Source: Eledone cirrhosa (Eukaryota). Taken from it: 64,000 bases of DNA. The stretch spans positions 112,840,001-112,904,000 of the forward strand of contig OZ024742.1 in NCBI GenBank assembly GCA_964016885.1, written 5' to 3'. The notes below the pieces were generated by a model. It saw only the letters and a list, made by a program, of their open reading frames with translations. It did not search any database and was not told the origin of the DNA. The stretch's first letter is position 1. Every line of letters begins with the position of its first letter. The translations under genes were made by a program, and so were the position numbers. Shown in pieces: positions 1-12,808 of the stretch.

Positions 1-915
1 ATGCTCAGAACTGTTCTGAAGGAGAGGACAATAGACCAAGGGATGTCCAAGGAAGAAATAACAACAAGGAGAAAGAGCAGCCTTCAGGAAAAATCCCTTC
101 ATAGTACCTTCTTTGAGAAAACTGAATTCAGAGATCCACAGACATGGAACTGGTTGAGGAGACCTTAAAAAGGCTACTGAAGGAATGTTAATGGCTGTGC
201 AAGAGCAGGCCCTCAAAACGAAGTGGTTGAAACACCATATTTACAAGGAAGAGGCTAGCCCACTGTGCAGGATCTGTGGATAGAGAGAGAAGACTGTGGC
301 TCACATTGTATCCGATTGTAAACACCTAGCCCAGACCCACTATAAGGGCTGGAGACATGATGTGATGGGCAGGGTGATCCACTGGCACCTATGCAGAGTA
401 AACAATTAACCACCTTCTGAGAAGTGGTATGAACATAAGCCAGAGTCGGTGATAAAAAACGATCAGCTGAGAGGGCTGTGGGATTTTAGGATACAGACGG
501 AGTAGAAACTGGAACACATTAGACCTGACCAGGTGGTTTTGGACAAAGAAAAAAGATCGTACCTCATTGTGGATATGGCCTACCCATTCGACACGAGTGT
601 GCAAGAGAAGGAGAGGGAGAAAATTAACCGATACCAGGACTTAAAGTGGGTGGTAAAAAGGATTTGGAACTGCCATGAGGTGAGAGTGGTCCCGATTGTC
701 ATAGGCGAATTAGGTACTATCTCAAAAAGTTTCCATGGATGGTTAAAGAAAATTGGCCCCTTCACGCTTTTTGGAACGCTTCAAAAGGCATGCTTGCTGG
801 GAACAGCAAGAGCCCTCCGATACGTCCTGAATATATGAGGCTGAAGGTAGTGGCTTGATATTCATTACAACAAACTCTCCAGTTAACGAACATCAATGAC
901 TGAGACTCAAAGAAC
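1..915 (+). mobile_element. Dong/R4-like non-LTR retrotransposon family A, 3' fragment (copy 1, degenerate, cut by the window edge)
   Basis: Closely similar to 11891-12810. It encodes the CCHC finger and the restriction-like endonuclease end (RPD..V.D..K....VD.A.P.D, KINRYQDL, ...RYVLNI stop at 838) with stops and frameshifts. A short 3' UTR is followed by (AAT)n. Confidence 0.92.

Positions 916-963
<48 letters not shown>
916..963. repeat. (AAT)n microsatellite; tail/target between Dong copies 1 and 2
   Basis: Perfect AAT run directly after the Dong 3' UTR. Confidence 0.97.
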
Positions 964-965
<2 letters not shown>

Positions 966-2558
966 TGCCCTTGACCATTATGCTGCGAAAAGTGAGAGCA
1001 GGATACAAGTTGGGAAGGGGAGAGCTTACCATCAATCACCTCCTCTTCATGGACGATCTTAAGCTCTTCGGGAAAAGTGAGAAGGAGTTGGATGTGCTTG
1101 TTGACACTGTCCGTATTTTCAGCAGTGATATATGTATGCAGTTTGGTATTGGTAAATGTGGAGTCATTGTGATGAAGAGGGGTAGGTTGAGCAGAAGTAA
1201 CGGGATCCAGATACCAACAGGTGAGATGATAAAGGAAATTGACTCTGAGGAAGGATACAAGTATTTGGGCGTTCTGGAGGCTGATGACATAAAGAACAAA
1301 AAAATGAAGGAATTGTTAAGAACTGAATACATTCGGAGAGTAAGGAGCGTATTGAAGTCACATCTGAACAGCAGAAATGCCATAAGCGCAGTAAATTCCC
1401 GAGCTGTGTCTATTATTAGGTACAGTGCGGGAATTCTGAGATGGAATGTTGCTGAACAGAAAGAAATGGATAGGAAGACTAGGAAGCTATTGACTATCTA
1501 CAACATGTTCCACAAGAGGAGTGATGTCGATAGACTCTACCTAAGGAGATCTGAGGGTGGAAGAGGTCTTATCAGCATAGAGGACTGTGTTCAGATGGAG
1601 AAAAACAACCTATACAAATACGTGACCTATAGTAAGGAGCCAATGCTCAGAGCTGTACTGAACGAGGGGACAGTAGGCCAGGGGATGTCCAGGGAGGAAA
1701 TAACATCAAGGAGGAAGAGCAGCCTTAAGGGAAAACCCCTTCATAGTACCTTCTTTGAGAAAACTGAATTTAGAGATCCACAGACATGGAACTGGTTGAG
1801 AAGAGGAGACCTCAAAAAGGCTACAGAAGGAATGCTAATGGCTGCGCATGAGCAGGCCCTCGAAACGAAGTGGTTGAAGCACCATATCTACAAGGAGGAG
1901 GCCAGCCCACTGTGCAGGACGGTGGAGAGAGAGAGAATACTGTGGCTCACATTGTGTCCGAGTGTAAACACCTAGCCCAGACCCACTATAAGGGCTGGAG
2001 ACACGATGTGATGGGCAGGGTGATCCACGGGCACCTGTGCAAAGTAAACAATCTACCACATTCTGAGAAATGGTATGAGCATAGGCCAGAGGCGGTGATG
2101 GAGAACAATCAGGTGAAGGTGCTGTGGGATTTTAGGATACAGACGGACAAAAAACTGGAACACAATAGACCTGACCTGGTGGTTGTGGACAAAGAAAAAA
2201 GATCGTGCCTGATTGTGGATGTGGCCTGCCCGTTCGACACGAGAGTGCAAGAGAAGGAGAGGGAGAAAATTAACCGATACCAGGACCTAAAGTGGGAGGT
2301 GAAAAGGATTTGGAACTGCCATGAAGTCAAAGTGATCCCGATTGTCATAGGCGCACTGGGGACTATCTCCAAAAGTTTCCAGGGATGGTTAAAGAAAATC
2401 GGCCCCTTCACGCTTTTTGGAACGCTTCAAAAGGCATGCTTGCTTGGAACAGCAAGAACCCTCCGATACGTCCTGAATATCTGAGGCTGCAGGTAGTGGC
2501 TTGATATTCAATCCAACGGACTTTCCAGTTAACCAACATCAATGACTGAGATTCAAGG
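963..2558 (+). mobile_element. Dong/R4-like family A, 5'-truncated copy 2
   Basis: ORFs 896-1975 and 1870-2484 are joined by a 1-nt frameshift near 1919. Motifs INHLLFMDDLKL, YKYLG, RxEGGRGL, CCHC remnant and RPDLVVVDK. Nearly identical to 11212-12810 and starts abruptly in the RT domain right after (AAT)n. Confidence 0.95.
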
Positions 2559-2564
2559 AATAAC

Positions 2565-2606
<42 letters not shown>
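2559..2606. repeat. (AAT)n microsatellite shared as tail by a + strand Dong and a - strand Tx1-like element
   Basis: AAT run between two converging element 3' ends. Confidence 0.96.
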
Positions 2607-2607
<1 letters not shown>

Positions 2608-2849
2608 TTTTCTTTATTAACCACAAGGGTTTACATAAAGTAGACATTAATGACAGTACAGAACAATACAGGACGGTACAAATGGGCATTTCTGCGTGTA
2701 AAAAAACAGAGGTTGAAATAAAATAACAAAGAAAAATTCCCCAATAGGGGGGAGACTTCCGAGGGACATTTGTGGAGAAAGCCCATTAAAAGACCACACC
2801 GGCCCTGACCACCAGGGAGAGTGCCCTCTCGCAGTTTTCCACCTTTAAT

Positions 2850-5800
2850 TTACAGACATATACTCAGAGAAGGCCCATTCATTCGGGCCATACTTGCTTC
2901 TCTCACCCATCTTTCAACAAAATGCTGGGAGAGAGTACTTCCCTCTCTACCCTGATATTCCTTTTCAGATGAAATTTGAAAAAGTTAATCAGGGCATCAC
3001 CGAAGAGGTAAGTGCACCTCCATCTCTGTAAAGTTTATCCCGAACTGGCAAAGCACCCCGGTAGCTCTGCCAGGCCAGGGATTTCTGGAAGTTGTCCATA
3101 GGCCCCGGCCCGAAAGTCCTTCCGAAGAGATTGGCTAGTTGATATTCGTCGAGGCCTAGAGTTTCTCCAAGTACGTCGTCGCTCTTCCCCTCCACTAATC
3201 CCCTATAGAACGCCAAGGTGGAGTTTCCACCGATCACATTGCCCGATTGGTCGAGGGCTGTGAGCGCCTGAAGACATTCCAGTCTCCAAGCGCTCCCTCT
3301 CGGTCTTCGCTTGACCCAGGACTGCAGCACCGTCAAGGAGACAAGCTGGGGAAAAACGTGTCTAGCAAACGGCGACCCCACTTGATGACCGTCGAGGAAG
3401 AGGTGGAGATGTCGTAGCCTGAGCGCGTGTCTGCGCATCATCAGCCACGGCATGCCCAGCCCTCCACGTAGCGGGTGTTGACAGCAGATGAACCGCCTGA
3501 CCATCGGAACGCGTCCCTTCCACAAGAAGCGAAAGAGCAAACGCTCCAGCGCAGTCAGGCGGGGCTTAGGACAAGGTACGACGGTCAGGCGGTAGTAGAT
3601 GACGGACGCGATGTACCCGTTAGCCACCTCCGCTCGACCTTTCAGGGATAGCATCCTCTCGGCCCATTTCTGGGTGGGAGAAGCCACCCTGCTCGTCACC
3701 TCGTCCCAGTTTTTGTCCGTCTGGAGGTCTGGACCGAACCAGACTCCTAGCAATTTAACCGGTCCGTCCGTCCAGCGCCCGACGACGCTGTTGGACGGCA
3801 TGGACCTGCCTCTCCAGGTGCCGAGCTGCAGGCCCACTGACTTTTCCTGGTTGATCATTGCTCCTGTCAGCGCTTCGTATTCTCTTAGTGTAGTGCCGAT
3901 CCCCTCGATGTGTTTGGCGTTCGACACCACTACGGTGACATCGTCGGCATATTCTGACACGGATCTTCCGCATCCTAGTTCGCGCGGGACCCCCTCAACG
4001 TCTCCAGTTTGTGCAGTTATGGCTCTAGAGTCAATACGTAAAATAGGGACGAGAGGGGACATCCTTGGCGGACCGAGCGCATGATGTTGATCGGTTCCGA
4101 AAGGTGACCGTTCACTCTCACTACAGAGCAGATGTCGCTGTGCATGGCAGCGATCCAGCCTCTGAAGACGGGCCCAAAGCCAGCCGCACTCAGGACTGCC
4201 GCTAGGTAACGACGGTCGACCCTATCGAAGGCTTTCGACTTATCTAAATTGATCAAAGTCCCACCCGTGCCAGGTTCCCTAGCTACCCTCTCTACGATGT
4301 ATCGCATGAGGTGGAGGTTGTCGTGAATGGATCTGTCGGGAATGGTGCATGTTTGTGCCTCTCCCACCAGACCACCAACGACAAGCGCCAACCTCTTTGC
4401 TAGCACCTTGGCCAAAATCTTGAACTCTGTGTTTAGCAGAGTTATGGGCCTAACATTATCTATGTTATCCCCCTTGTTCGGATCCTTTCTCAGCAGCGCC
4501 ACTGCTCCTCGGCTCACAGAGCTGGGAATTCTCCCGTTCTGTTGCCAGTTGCAGTAGACGTCCGCCAAGAGGCCTCCGAACAAGTTTCTCATTTGTACGT
4601 AAAGTTCATAGGGCAGACCATCCAAACCAGGCGATTTACCCCTTGTGCAACTAGTCATTGCATCTCGTACTTCAGCGGTTGTTATTGGCTTTTCGCAACA
4701 CATCGCCTCAGTGGCCGAAAGCCGCGGCAGTCCGTCGAGGTAGACACTAAAGTCCATCCCTCGATCCGGCCCGCCGCTGCCCCCGAACAGTTGAGCGAAG
4801 TGTCGCTGAAAAGCTTCACACATTTTCCCGGGATCGAGTAGCATGCGCCCGTCGTGGTCCACCAAAGACCGGATCGTGGCTTTGTTGCCACGACGCGCCT
4901 CCGCCACTCGGGCCCATTGAACGGCTTTCGTCCCCTCGTGTCTGAGAGCACGCACCCTAGCTCTGACAACGCAGCCTTCGTGCTTTGCATTGAAGAATTG
5001 GTCAAGGGCCAATTTCTTGCAAGTACGTCGGTCGCGATGCCTTTGCTAAGCGCCTCATCTAATTTTCTAACTAATTCTCCCTCTGCTCTATTTTTCTCTA
5101 TTGCTAAAGTCTTACTAAACCTAATGGACTCTATTCTCATTGCTCTTTTCAGAGCAAACCACCACTTGTTGTTGACGATGGCCCCCGTCAACGCCCGCTT
5201 AACTAGTTCGCTAATCCGGTCTCTGTAGGCCTTGCGCGCTGGTAAGGACGCGTTTAGCTTCCAGTAGCCTGGTCCTCGTCTATGAAGCCTATCTAAGTCA
5301 AGCACACAGATCACGAATTTGTGGTCCGTGTAGCTGACTATCTTGAATTGTGGACAGCCTATGTTAGACCTATCTATTTCCCTACAAAATACTCTATCTA
5401 GATATGATCTGGATGACACTATGCGATTTGTCCAAGTCCACATTGGTACATTCGGGAAATCCATTCGGTACCTGTCAGATAGTTCAAAACGTCTGAGCAG
5501 GTTGGTGAGACTCTTTCACCCTCCTTCCCTATCCACTAATCCCACACAATCCCAGCGTGCATCTAAGATCCCGTTCCAGTCACCCACTAACACTAAAGAG
5601 CGCGACGTTCCAAGAAAGGCCTCCAGACGCCGGAAGAAATCAGGCCGCCCTGCTCCTGTCGGGGCATAGACGGCCACTAACCTGAAAGCTTGGCTGTCTC
5701 CGCTGGTCACGTCCAGCACCACCAACTTACCTTCTGGTTCCAGGAAGATGGCCCGTATGGCAAGATCCAAACCTCTCCGAAAAAGCACAGCAACTACTCC

Positions 5801-6001
5801 CCCCGATCCCGGACGGCTGGGAGATGCGTACACATCGTAGCCGCCGAAGATCGGTGCGAAAGCCTGTGCTTCGGAGATTCTGGTCTCGCTGATGGCCACT
5901 ACATCTATGTTTAGTGTCCTGAGGTCGTTGAGCAGGTAGCCCTGCTTCCATGACGACCCAAAGCCACGCGCGTTTATGCTGCCTATTCTGAGTGAGGTCA
6001 T
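2850..6001 (-). pseudogene. Tx1-like ORF2 (APE endonuclease + reverse transcriptase), frameshifted, C-terminal CCHC region deleted
   Basis: ORF track 5516-6001, 4682-5464, 4017-5012 and 2989-4062 are consecutive out-of-frame parts of one ORF2. The terminal stop is at 2850-2852. Confidence 0.9.
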
Positions 6002-6035
6002 GTTGAAAAGGAGTGGAAAAGATGGGAAAGACCAC

Positions 6036-7917
6036 TTACCTTACTTCTCGTAGGGGAAGGACGGTTTTTCCATCCTTTTCACTGCTTGTGGCCTCCTCAG
6101 GAAGGATGTTCTTATAAATCCTCCTGCAGAGTGTTTGTCGGAAGTCTCCGATGTCTTTGGGGAATTTTTGTTTTAGTGTCATGTACGTTTTCTGTGTGAT
6201 GCTAGTGATTTGTATGTGTGGAGGTCGTGTGAATTTTGGGGTTGTTGTGTAGTCTTTTTCTGTGATGCTGGTGTTGTGTTGGATGTAGTGTAATAATTGC
6301 TTGTTGTTCAAATGTAATGCTGTGTAGTGTGTATCGTTTTGGTTGTTTTGTTTTGTTTGCGTTTGTTGTGAGTTTGTTTCTGTTTCGCATTTTGGTGACT
6401 TTTGTGGTGTAGGTGATGGTGGTGTTGGGGTTAATGATGTTGATGGTGTTGGTGTTTGGGTTGATGGGGTTGGTGATGCTGGTGTGGATGGTGGCATATC
6501 TGTCCTAACTTTTTTGTTTCTTAATTTATTTGTTTCCCTCTGTATTTTGTTTTTGGAGGGGGAAGGAAGAGAATTTTTTCTTTTTTAGTTTCTTTTTTTT
6601 TTCCGGATATCGTTTCCCACTCCTCGTCGTCACAATCAGTCTCCAGTTGTGATAGGGCGGGGAGTGGAAAATCCTCCACAGCCGATAGTTTTGGTTGTGG
6701 CGTGGTGGATTGGTGTAGGCGCTGGTGCTATTTCTGAAGCGTTGGGTGGTGGTTGTGGTGTTGGTTTTGCTGGTGGTGGTGGTGGTGTTGGTTTTGCTAC
6801 TGTTGCTGGGGTCGTTGCTGTTATAGTTGCTTCTGTTGTTGCTGCTACAGTTGTTGCTGCCATCTATGCTGCTGGGGGTGTTGATGGTTGAGTCACTGGG
6901 GTGGGTAAGAGAGGTGGCCTCAACTATTTAGCCTGAGTGCAGAAAGCCCTTAGGTGGGTTCCTTCACCACAAACGACACACCTAGGCCTACTGATCGACA
7001 ATTACGGTGAGGTGGCTGCCGTCAGTGAGGTCTATTACCTCTGAGATCTCCTAAATGCTTATTTGGTCCGCTTGGATCAGAGGCTCCATCCCAGATCCGG
7101 ACCAGTTCTCCTGCTTTTCTTTTGCTATTGCTATTATTTTCGTGTTGGCTTCGATGCCGGCGAGGACAGCCGCTATCAGCCAGGGAATTTCGATGGCCGG
7201 TGGAACGTGGGTCACCCTGATCTTTACGAGTCTCTGGTCAAAATAGCTTGGGACGAGTGTGAAGTCGTCACTTCTTAATGGGGCCATGGAGTGTTCTCTA
7301 GCCTCCTCTGGTGTTTCAAAGAACACGTCCACGGTTCCATACTTTTGCCCACGTCTAATGTGGGTTTTTCTTGCCCACACATGTCCCAAAGCTTTTTGGA
7401 TTTGGGACTCGGATGCCCGTTCCACTCGGCGCGATTTTACATTTATTGTTCTATACGACACGGTAATTAGGCGCCGATGCTCCATTTTATTAGGTGGGGG
7501 GGTGAGGCTGACCCTGTACCCATCTTTCTTTACCATTTGTTTGGCATTTTCTAAATCCTCCTGAGTTACCGTAAATGCTTCGAACTGTTTTGCTACTCTG
7601 GCGAAACTGAGGGGGGGGGTTATAATGTCATTGTTGTTGCTGTTGCTATCGTTAATATTAATTTTAGTTTCAGTTGTGGTGGTGGAGACGTCAGTCGTCT
7701 TTGGTGGGGAAGAGTCCATTTTGCTTGATTTCATTTCGACATCACGAGTTAATTTATTTGTTTCTTCTTTTGTTTCTGTTGTCGCGGTGGTGGTGGTGGT
7801 GGAGGCTTTAACACCTGCAGTCATTGGTAATGGCGGGAAATGAATGTCTGCCTGAGACAAATTAAAAATATTGCTAGTGCTTATATTTTTTTTTTGTGTT
7901 GGCAAACGTAGTAACAT
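6036..7917 (-). pseudogene. Tx1-like ORF1 (gag-like, CCHC knuckle, Thr/Pro-rich tracts), disrupted
   Basis: ORFs 7051-7917, 6636-6863 and 6036-6497 lie upstream of ORF2 on the same strand, with a CX2CX4HX4C knuckle. Confidence 0.82.
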
Positions 7918-8203
7918 TTACAATGGTGGTGTCGGTGTGAGGTGTTAATTTGTGAGGAAGGCTTTCAGCTGCTTCGTGCAGAGGTGAATTAGCCATTTTT
8001 TTCAAAGAAATTTAAAGATAATAATAAAAGTTAAAATTTTGGGCACAAGGCCCCAATCTTTTTGGTTGTCCTTTTCGGAAAACAATGTATGTGCGCTTAT
8101 AAACAGTTAACAATAAAATTTTCCATAAATGACAATTTTTAACAAACGGAAATAACAAACCATTGCGGAGCTCACGATGATACGATTTACTACGTAGGTC
8201 GCC

Positions 8204-8259
<56 letters not shown>
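8204..8259. repeat. (AAT)n microsatellite at the 5' end of the Tx1-like element
   Basis: Perfect AAT run. Confidence 0.97.
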
Positions 8260-9130
8260 GGGAAGAAGACGCACGAGGTGACGGAGGTCATGAAATCGCT
8301 CCCGTAAGTTTTGAATTTTTAACATATTTAAATCATTTGTGAAATAACAACTCTTAGTACAAATGCTACGTAAAGCACCCGGCTTGAGCCCCAACAAATT
8401 CGGACCCAAAATATATTGTTATAAGGCTCAAATATTCAAATATTAAACTTTGTATTGTACACTGTATATCCAAAAAAGAAAATGGCTATAAATGGAAGAA
8501 GAAGAACCCCCCCCTCCTCTCCTCTGGCTACACTATATAGGACAGCTAAACTCACCAACACCAGAAACTAGATACACCACCCATCCCATCATCTGTGTAC
8601 ACTAAACACAACAGCCAGATAACGACATTTTCACCTTCACCGCCACCGCTCACTACGGCCATCATTACCACCACTATCCCATCACCGCCGCCACCACCCC
8701 TTGACTCCTTCACTACTGCCACCGCTACAGCACCATCACTACAGTAATACGGTCACATCACCGCCACCACTGCCTCGGTATCGACATCACCACCACCACT
8801 GTCTCAGTATCGCTACCGCCGCCAGTCTCCCACTTCCCCCTGCTGGCTGCTACTTCCACATTATATAATTCCTACTACTAACAAAGAGGAAGGCATCAAC
8901 ATATATAGATAGACTCAAAAGAAAAAAGAAAAAACAAACAACAAAACCAAAGCAGCACAGCAACAACAGCAAAAACGAGAAAAACAAACAGAGAAAAACA
9001 AAAACAAAAAAAGAAACCCCAAAAACGTAGAGAAAATAAGAATGAAGAGAGAAGCAGGCGGACGGACAGAGAAGAGGGGGGAAAAAGTAAAACTTAAAAA
9101 AACAAAAACTAAGTCAGACATTCGAACACT
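8260..9130 (+). mobile_element. Probable decayed 5' end/ORF1 remnant of an L1/Tx1-like element
   Basis: ATGGCT..AAATGGAAGAA start is followed by CAC/CCA-rich (Thr/Pro) and A-rich (Lys) tracts like the ORF1s in this window, and it resembles the reverse complement of 20600-21330. No diagnostic motif was seen. Confidence 0.45.
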
Positions 9131-9159
9131 ACATTACAATGAAACTTATGCTTATTCAT

Positions 9160-12100
9160 TTTTGGGGCCCTTTCTGCCTGTGTGTTTGTTTGTTTATGTG
9201 TGTTCGTATACAGCGTGGCGATAATGCCACACAAGGGCCAAGTGGGATGGCGGATCCACAGATGGCTATGTAACTATACATTCGCCAATCCTCGATAAGA
9301 GTGTTTAAATATCGAACATAAACAGTTCGAATAACGGTGAAATGGAGACTAGAACGTCATGTGACAGACTCTCACCCAACAGGTGCCCCCTGGCTCAGCA
9401 GCAGGAACCTGACTGTCAACCAAATACTGCTGATGTTGGAGGAAGAAGAAGAAGGAAAGGGGCCAGAACCAACTGGACGAAAGAATTGAATAGAACTGTT
9501 ATGCAATGCTACCTGAAAAGTAACCCCAAGTAGAGGGGCTACAGGAGACGGATGCATAACATCTGGAACGAGATTGGTTTATTTAAATTAGATGAACAAA
9601 AATTGGCCGGGCAGGCTCGGGTAATAAGAACTAATGGGTGGATAAGCGAGCTGGAACTGGAGGAACTGAGCAGAGAGAATGGCTTGGAGATGGCGGGTGT
9701 AGTATGCCAGACAAGCGAGCCGGTGGGAAATGAAGGTGAGGAGGTCCTGAGAACGGAGGAACCACCCGAAGCAGACAATGATCTGAATACTGAGATAAAT
9801 AATACCTGGAACAGAGATACGGCCACTGAGGAGATGAATGCTGACGGGCTGGGACAAGATTCGGTTGACATCCTAAAGTTAGTGGTAGATGAATTGAACA
9901 ATGATAGTGGGAGACCTATGAACCTAAGATTTGTAGACAGGAAAAAGTTAAAAGAAACAACAGCTAAGGTAAACAAAGTCATCCCATACCTTGAGGCGAG
10001 GAGCCTTCACCAGTGCAACAATATCCTCAAAGCAACAGCAAATACGGTGAGGAAACTACTTGGTATAAAAGCGAGAGGAAACAACAGACAAGAAAGAGCA
10101 GAGCCGTGGTGGAAGAAGCGACTGAGTGGGCAAATCGGGGAAATGAGAAATGATATAGGAAAGCTTGAGTCACTACTGAATGGGACACTAAAAAACATAG
10201 GCACTAAAAATAGACTGGAAATAAAATACAAAACTAGGAGTAAAAAGCTAAATATTATCATAGAGGAATTGAAGCAACGCATTGTAGCAAAGAGTGCAAA
10301 AATCAGGCGATACGAGAACAGAGTCAGTCAGTATAAACAGAACCGCATGTTCGACAACAACCAGAAGATGCTGTTTGGACAGCTTGAGGGGAAAGAAAGA
10401 GGCAACGACTTGATCCCTGGGGCGGAACAAACTAAAACATTCTGGAGAGGAATGTGGGAGCAGGATGTTAGACACAATGCCCAGGCAGGGTGGATTGAGA
10501 CAGTACAGAGGGAGATCGGTGAGCAGGCACAACAACAGACTGATTTGAGTATCACAGTTGAATCTCTTAAGGGGCAAGCCAAAAAACTAACCAAATGGAA
10601 ATCACCAGGCCCAGATGGTGTGCAGGGGTATTGGATTAAACATTTAACATCCCTCCACCCGAAGCTGACGGCCATGTTCAATGACTGCTTGGTGTCGGGT
10701 GAGGTGCCAGAGTGGTTGACAAAAGGTACCACAGTTCTGATAATGAAAGACCGAATCAAGGGTAATGATGTTACCAACTATAGACCTATCACATGTCTGC
10801 CCGTAATGTGGAAACTGTTGACGAGCATTGTGTCTGAGGAAATCTACCATCACCTCCACACAAACAACTTGTTACCGGACGAACAGAAAGGATGCTGAAA
10901 GAAGTCACGTGGTACAAAGGACCAGTTGCTTATTGATAAGATGGTAATGGGGAATTGCAGGAGGAGACACACTGATCTTGCCATGGGATGGATAGACTAC
11001 AGAAAGGCATTTGACATGGTGCCTCATTCCTGGATCACCAAAAGCCTGGAGGTCTTCAGGGTGGCAGATAACATCAGCCAGTTGCTAGGCAGGAGTATGG
11101 GGTCCTGGGAGACAGAGCTGACATCAACTGGAGTATCCTTGGGAAGCGTGAAGATCTAGAGAGGTATCTTCCAGGGAGATAGCCTGTCCCCTCTGTTGTT
11201 TGTCCTTGCCCTGATGCCCTTGACCATTATGCTGCGAAAAGTGAGAGCAGGATACAAGTTGGGAAGGGGAGAGCTTACCATCAATCACCTTCTCTTCATG
11301 GACGATCTTAAGCTCTTCGGGAAAAGTGAGAAGGAGTTGGATGTGCTTGTTGACACTGTCCGTATTTTCAGCAGTGATATATGTATGCAGTTTGGTATTG
11401 GTAAATGTGGAGTCATTGTGATGAAGAGGGGTAGGTTGAGCAAAATAACGGGATCCAGATACCAACAGGTGAGATGATAACGGAAATTGACTCTGAGGAA
11501 GGATACAAGTATTTGGGCGTTCTGGAGGCTGATGGCATAAAGAACAAAAAAATGAAGGAATTGTTAAGAACTGAATACATTCGGAGAGTAAGGAGCGTAT
11601 TGAAGTCACATCTGAACAGCATAAATGCCATAAGCGCAGTAAATTCCCGAGCTGTGTCTATTATTAGGTACAGTGCGGGAATTCTGAGATGGAATGTTGC
11701 TGAACAAAAAGAAATGGATAGGAAGACTAGGAAGCTATTGACTATCTACAACATGTTCCACAAGAGGAGTGATGTCGATAGACTCTACCTAAGGAGATCT
11801 GAGGGTGGAAGAGGTCTTATCAGCATAGAGGACTGTGTTCAGATGGAGAAAAACAACCTATACAAATACGTGACCTATAGTAAGGAGCCAATGCTCAGAA
11901 CTGTACTGAAGGAGGGGACAGTAGGCCAGGGGATGTCCAAGGAGGAAATAACATCAAGGAGGAAGAGCAGCCTTAAGGGAAAATCCCTTCATAGTACCTT
12001 CTTTGAGAAAACTGAATTTAGAGATCCACAGACATGGAACTGGTTGAGAAGAGGAGACCTCAAAAAGGCTACAGAAGGAATGCTAATGGCTGCGCAGGAG

Positions 12101-12808
12101 CAGGCCCTCAAAACGAAGTGGTTGAAGCACCATATCTACAAGGAGGAGGCTAGCCCACTGTGCAGGATCTGTGGAGAGAGAGAGGAGACTGTGGCTCACA
12201 TTGTGTCCGAGTGTAAACACCTAGCCCAGACCCACTATAAGGGCTGGAGACACGATTTGATGGGCAGGGTGATCCACTGGCACCTGTGCAAAGTAAACAA
12301 TCTACCACATTCTGAGAAATGGTATGAGCATAGGCCAGAGGCGGTGATGGAGGACAATCAGGTGAAGGTGCTGTGGGATTTTAGGATACAGACGGACAAA
12401 AAACTGGAACACAATAGACCTGACCTGGTGGTTGTGGACAAAGAAAAAAGATCGTGCCTGATTGTGGATGTGGCCTGCCCGTTCGACACGAGAGTGCAAG
12501 AGAAGGAGAGGGAGAAAATTAACCGATACCAGGACCTAAAGTGGGAGGTGAAAAGGATTTGGAACTGCCATGAAGTCAAAGTGATCCCGATTGTCATAGG
12601 CGCACTGGGGACTATCTCCAAAAGTTTCCAGGGATGGTTAAAGAAAATCGGCCCCTTCACGCTTTTTGGAACGCTTCAAAAGGCATGCTTGCTTGGAACA
12701 GCAAGAACCCTCCGATACGTCCTGAATATCTGAGGCTGCAGGTAGTGGCTTGATATTCAATCCAACGGACTTTCCAGTTAACCAACATCAATGACTGAGA
12801 TTCAAGGA
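9160..12808 (+). mobile_element. Dong/R4-like family A, near full-length copy 3
   Basis: 5' UTR, single long ORF 9342-12733, 3' UTR and (AAC/AAT)n tail. The 5' boundary is approximate. Confidence 0.93.
9342..12733 (+). pseudogene. Dong/R4-like single ORF (N-terminal domain, RT, CCHC, restriction-like endonuclease), inactivated
   Basis: ORFs 9342-9533, 9552-10898, 10926-11159 and 11196-11477 share one frame with three in-frame stops. A 1-nt deletion near 11445 then shifts to 11474-12733. Motifs WKSPGPDGVQGYWIK, YRPITCL, EQKGC, DYRKAFD, GIFQGDSLSP, LFMDD, CRIC..H....C and RPD. Confidence 0.93.

Larger units (their letters stand above)
2607..8203 (-). mobile_element. Tx1-like (L1 clade) non-LTR retrotransposon family 1, full-length but disrupted, inserted in (ATT)n
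   Basis: ORF1 pieces (7917 to about 6036) include the zinc knuckle RPRCVVCGEGTHLRAFC near 6940-6990. ORF2 has APE motifs (SINARG, ISET, VYAP, GDWN, LDR, YTDH) and RT motifs (KSPGLDGLP, RPITLLN, KAFDRV, VRQGCPLS, YADD). The 3' UTR ends AATAAAGAAAAC followed by (ATT)n, and both ends abut the microsatellite. Confidence 0.93.

Noticed and set aside
896-962. Poly-Ile N-terminus of the 359-aa ORF that looks like a signal or transmembrane segment
   Set aside because: It is the (AAT)n tail read in frame into a truncated RT, an accidental fusion.
3599-5669. Antisense ORFs overlapping the retrotransposon ORFs (also 10007-11631 and 35080-37509)
   Set aside because: They are shadow ORFs on the opposite strand of coding sequence with no motifs of their own.
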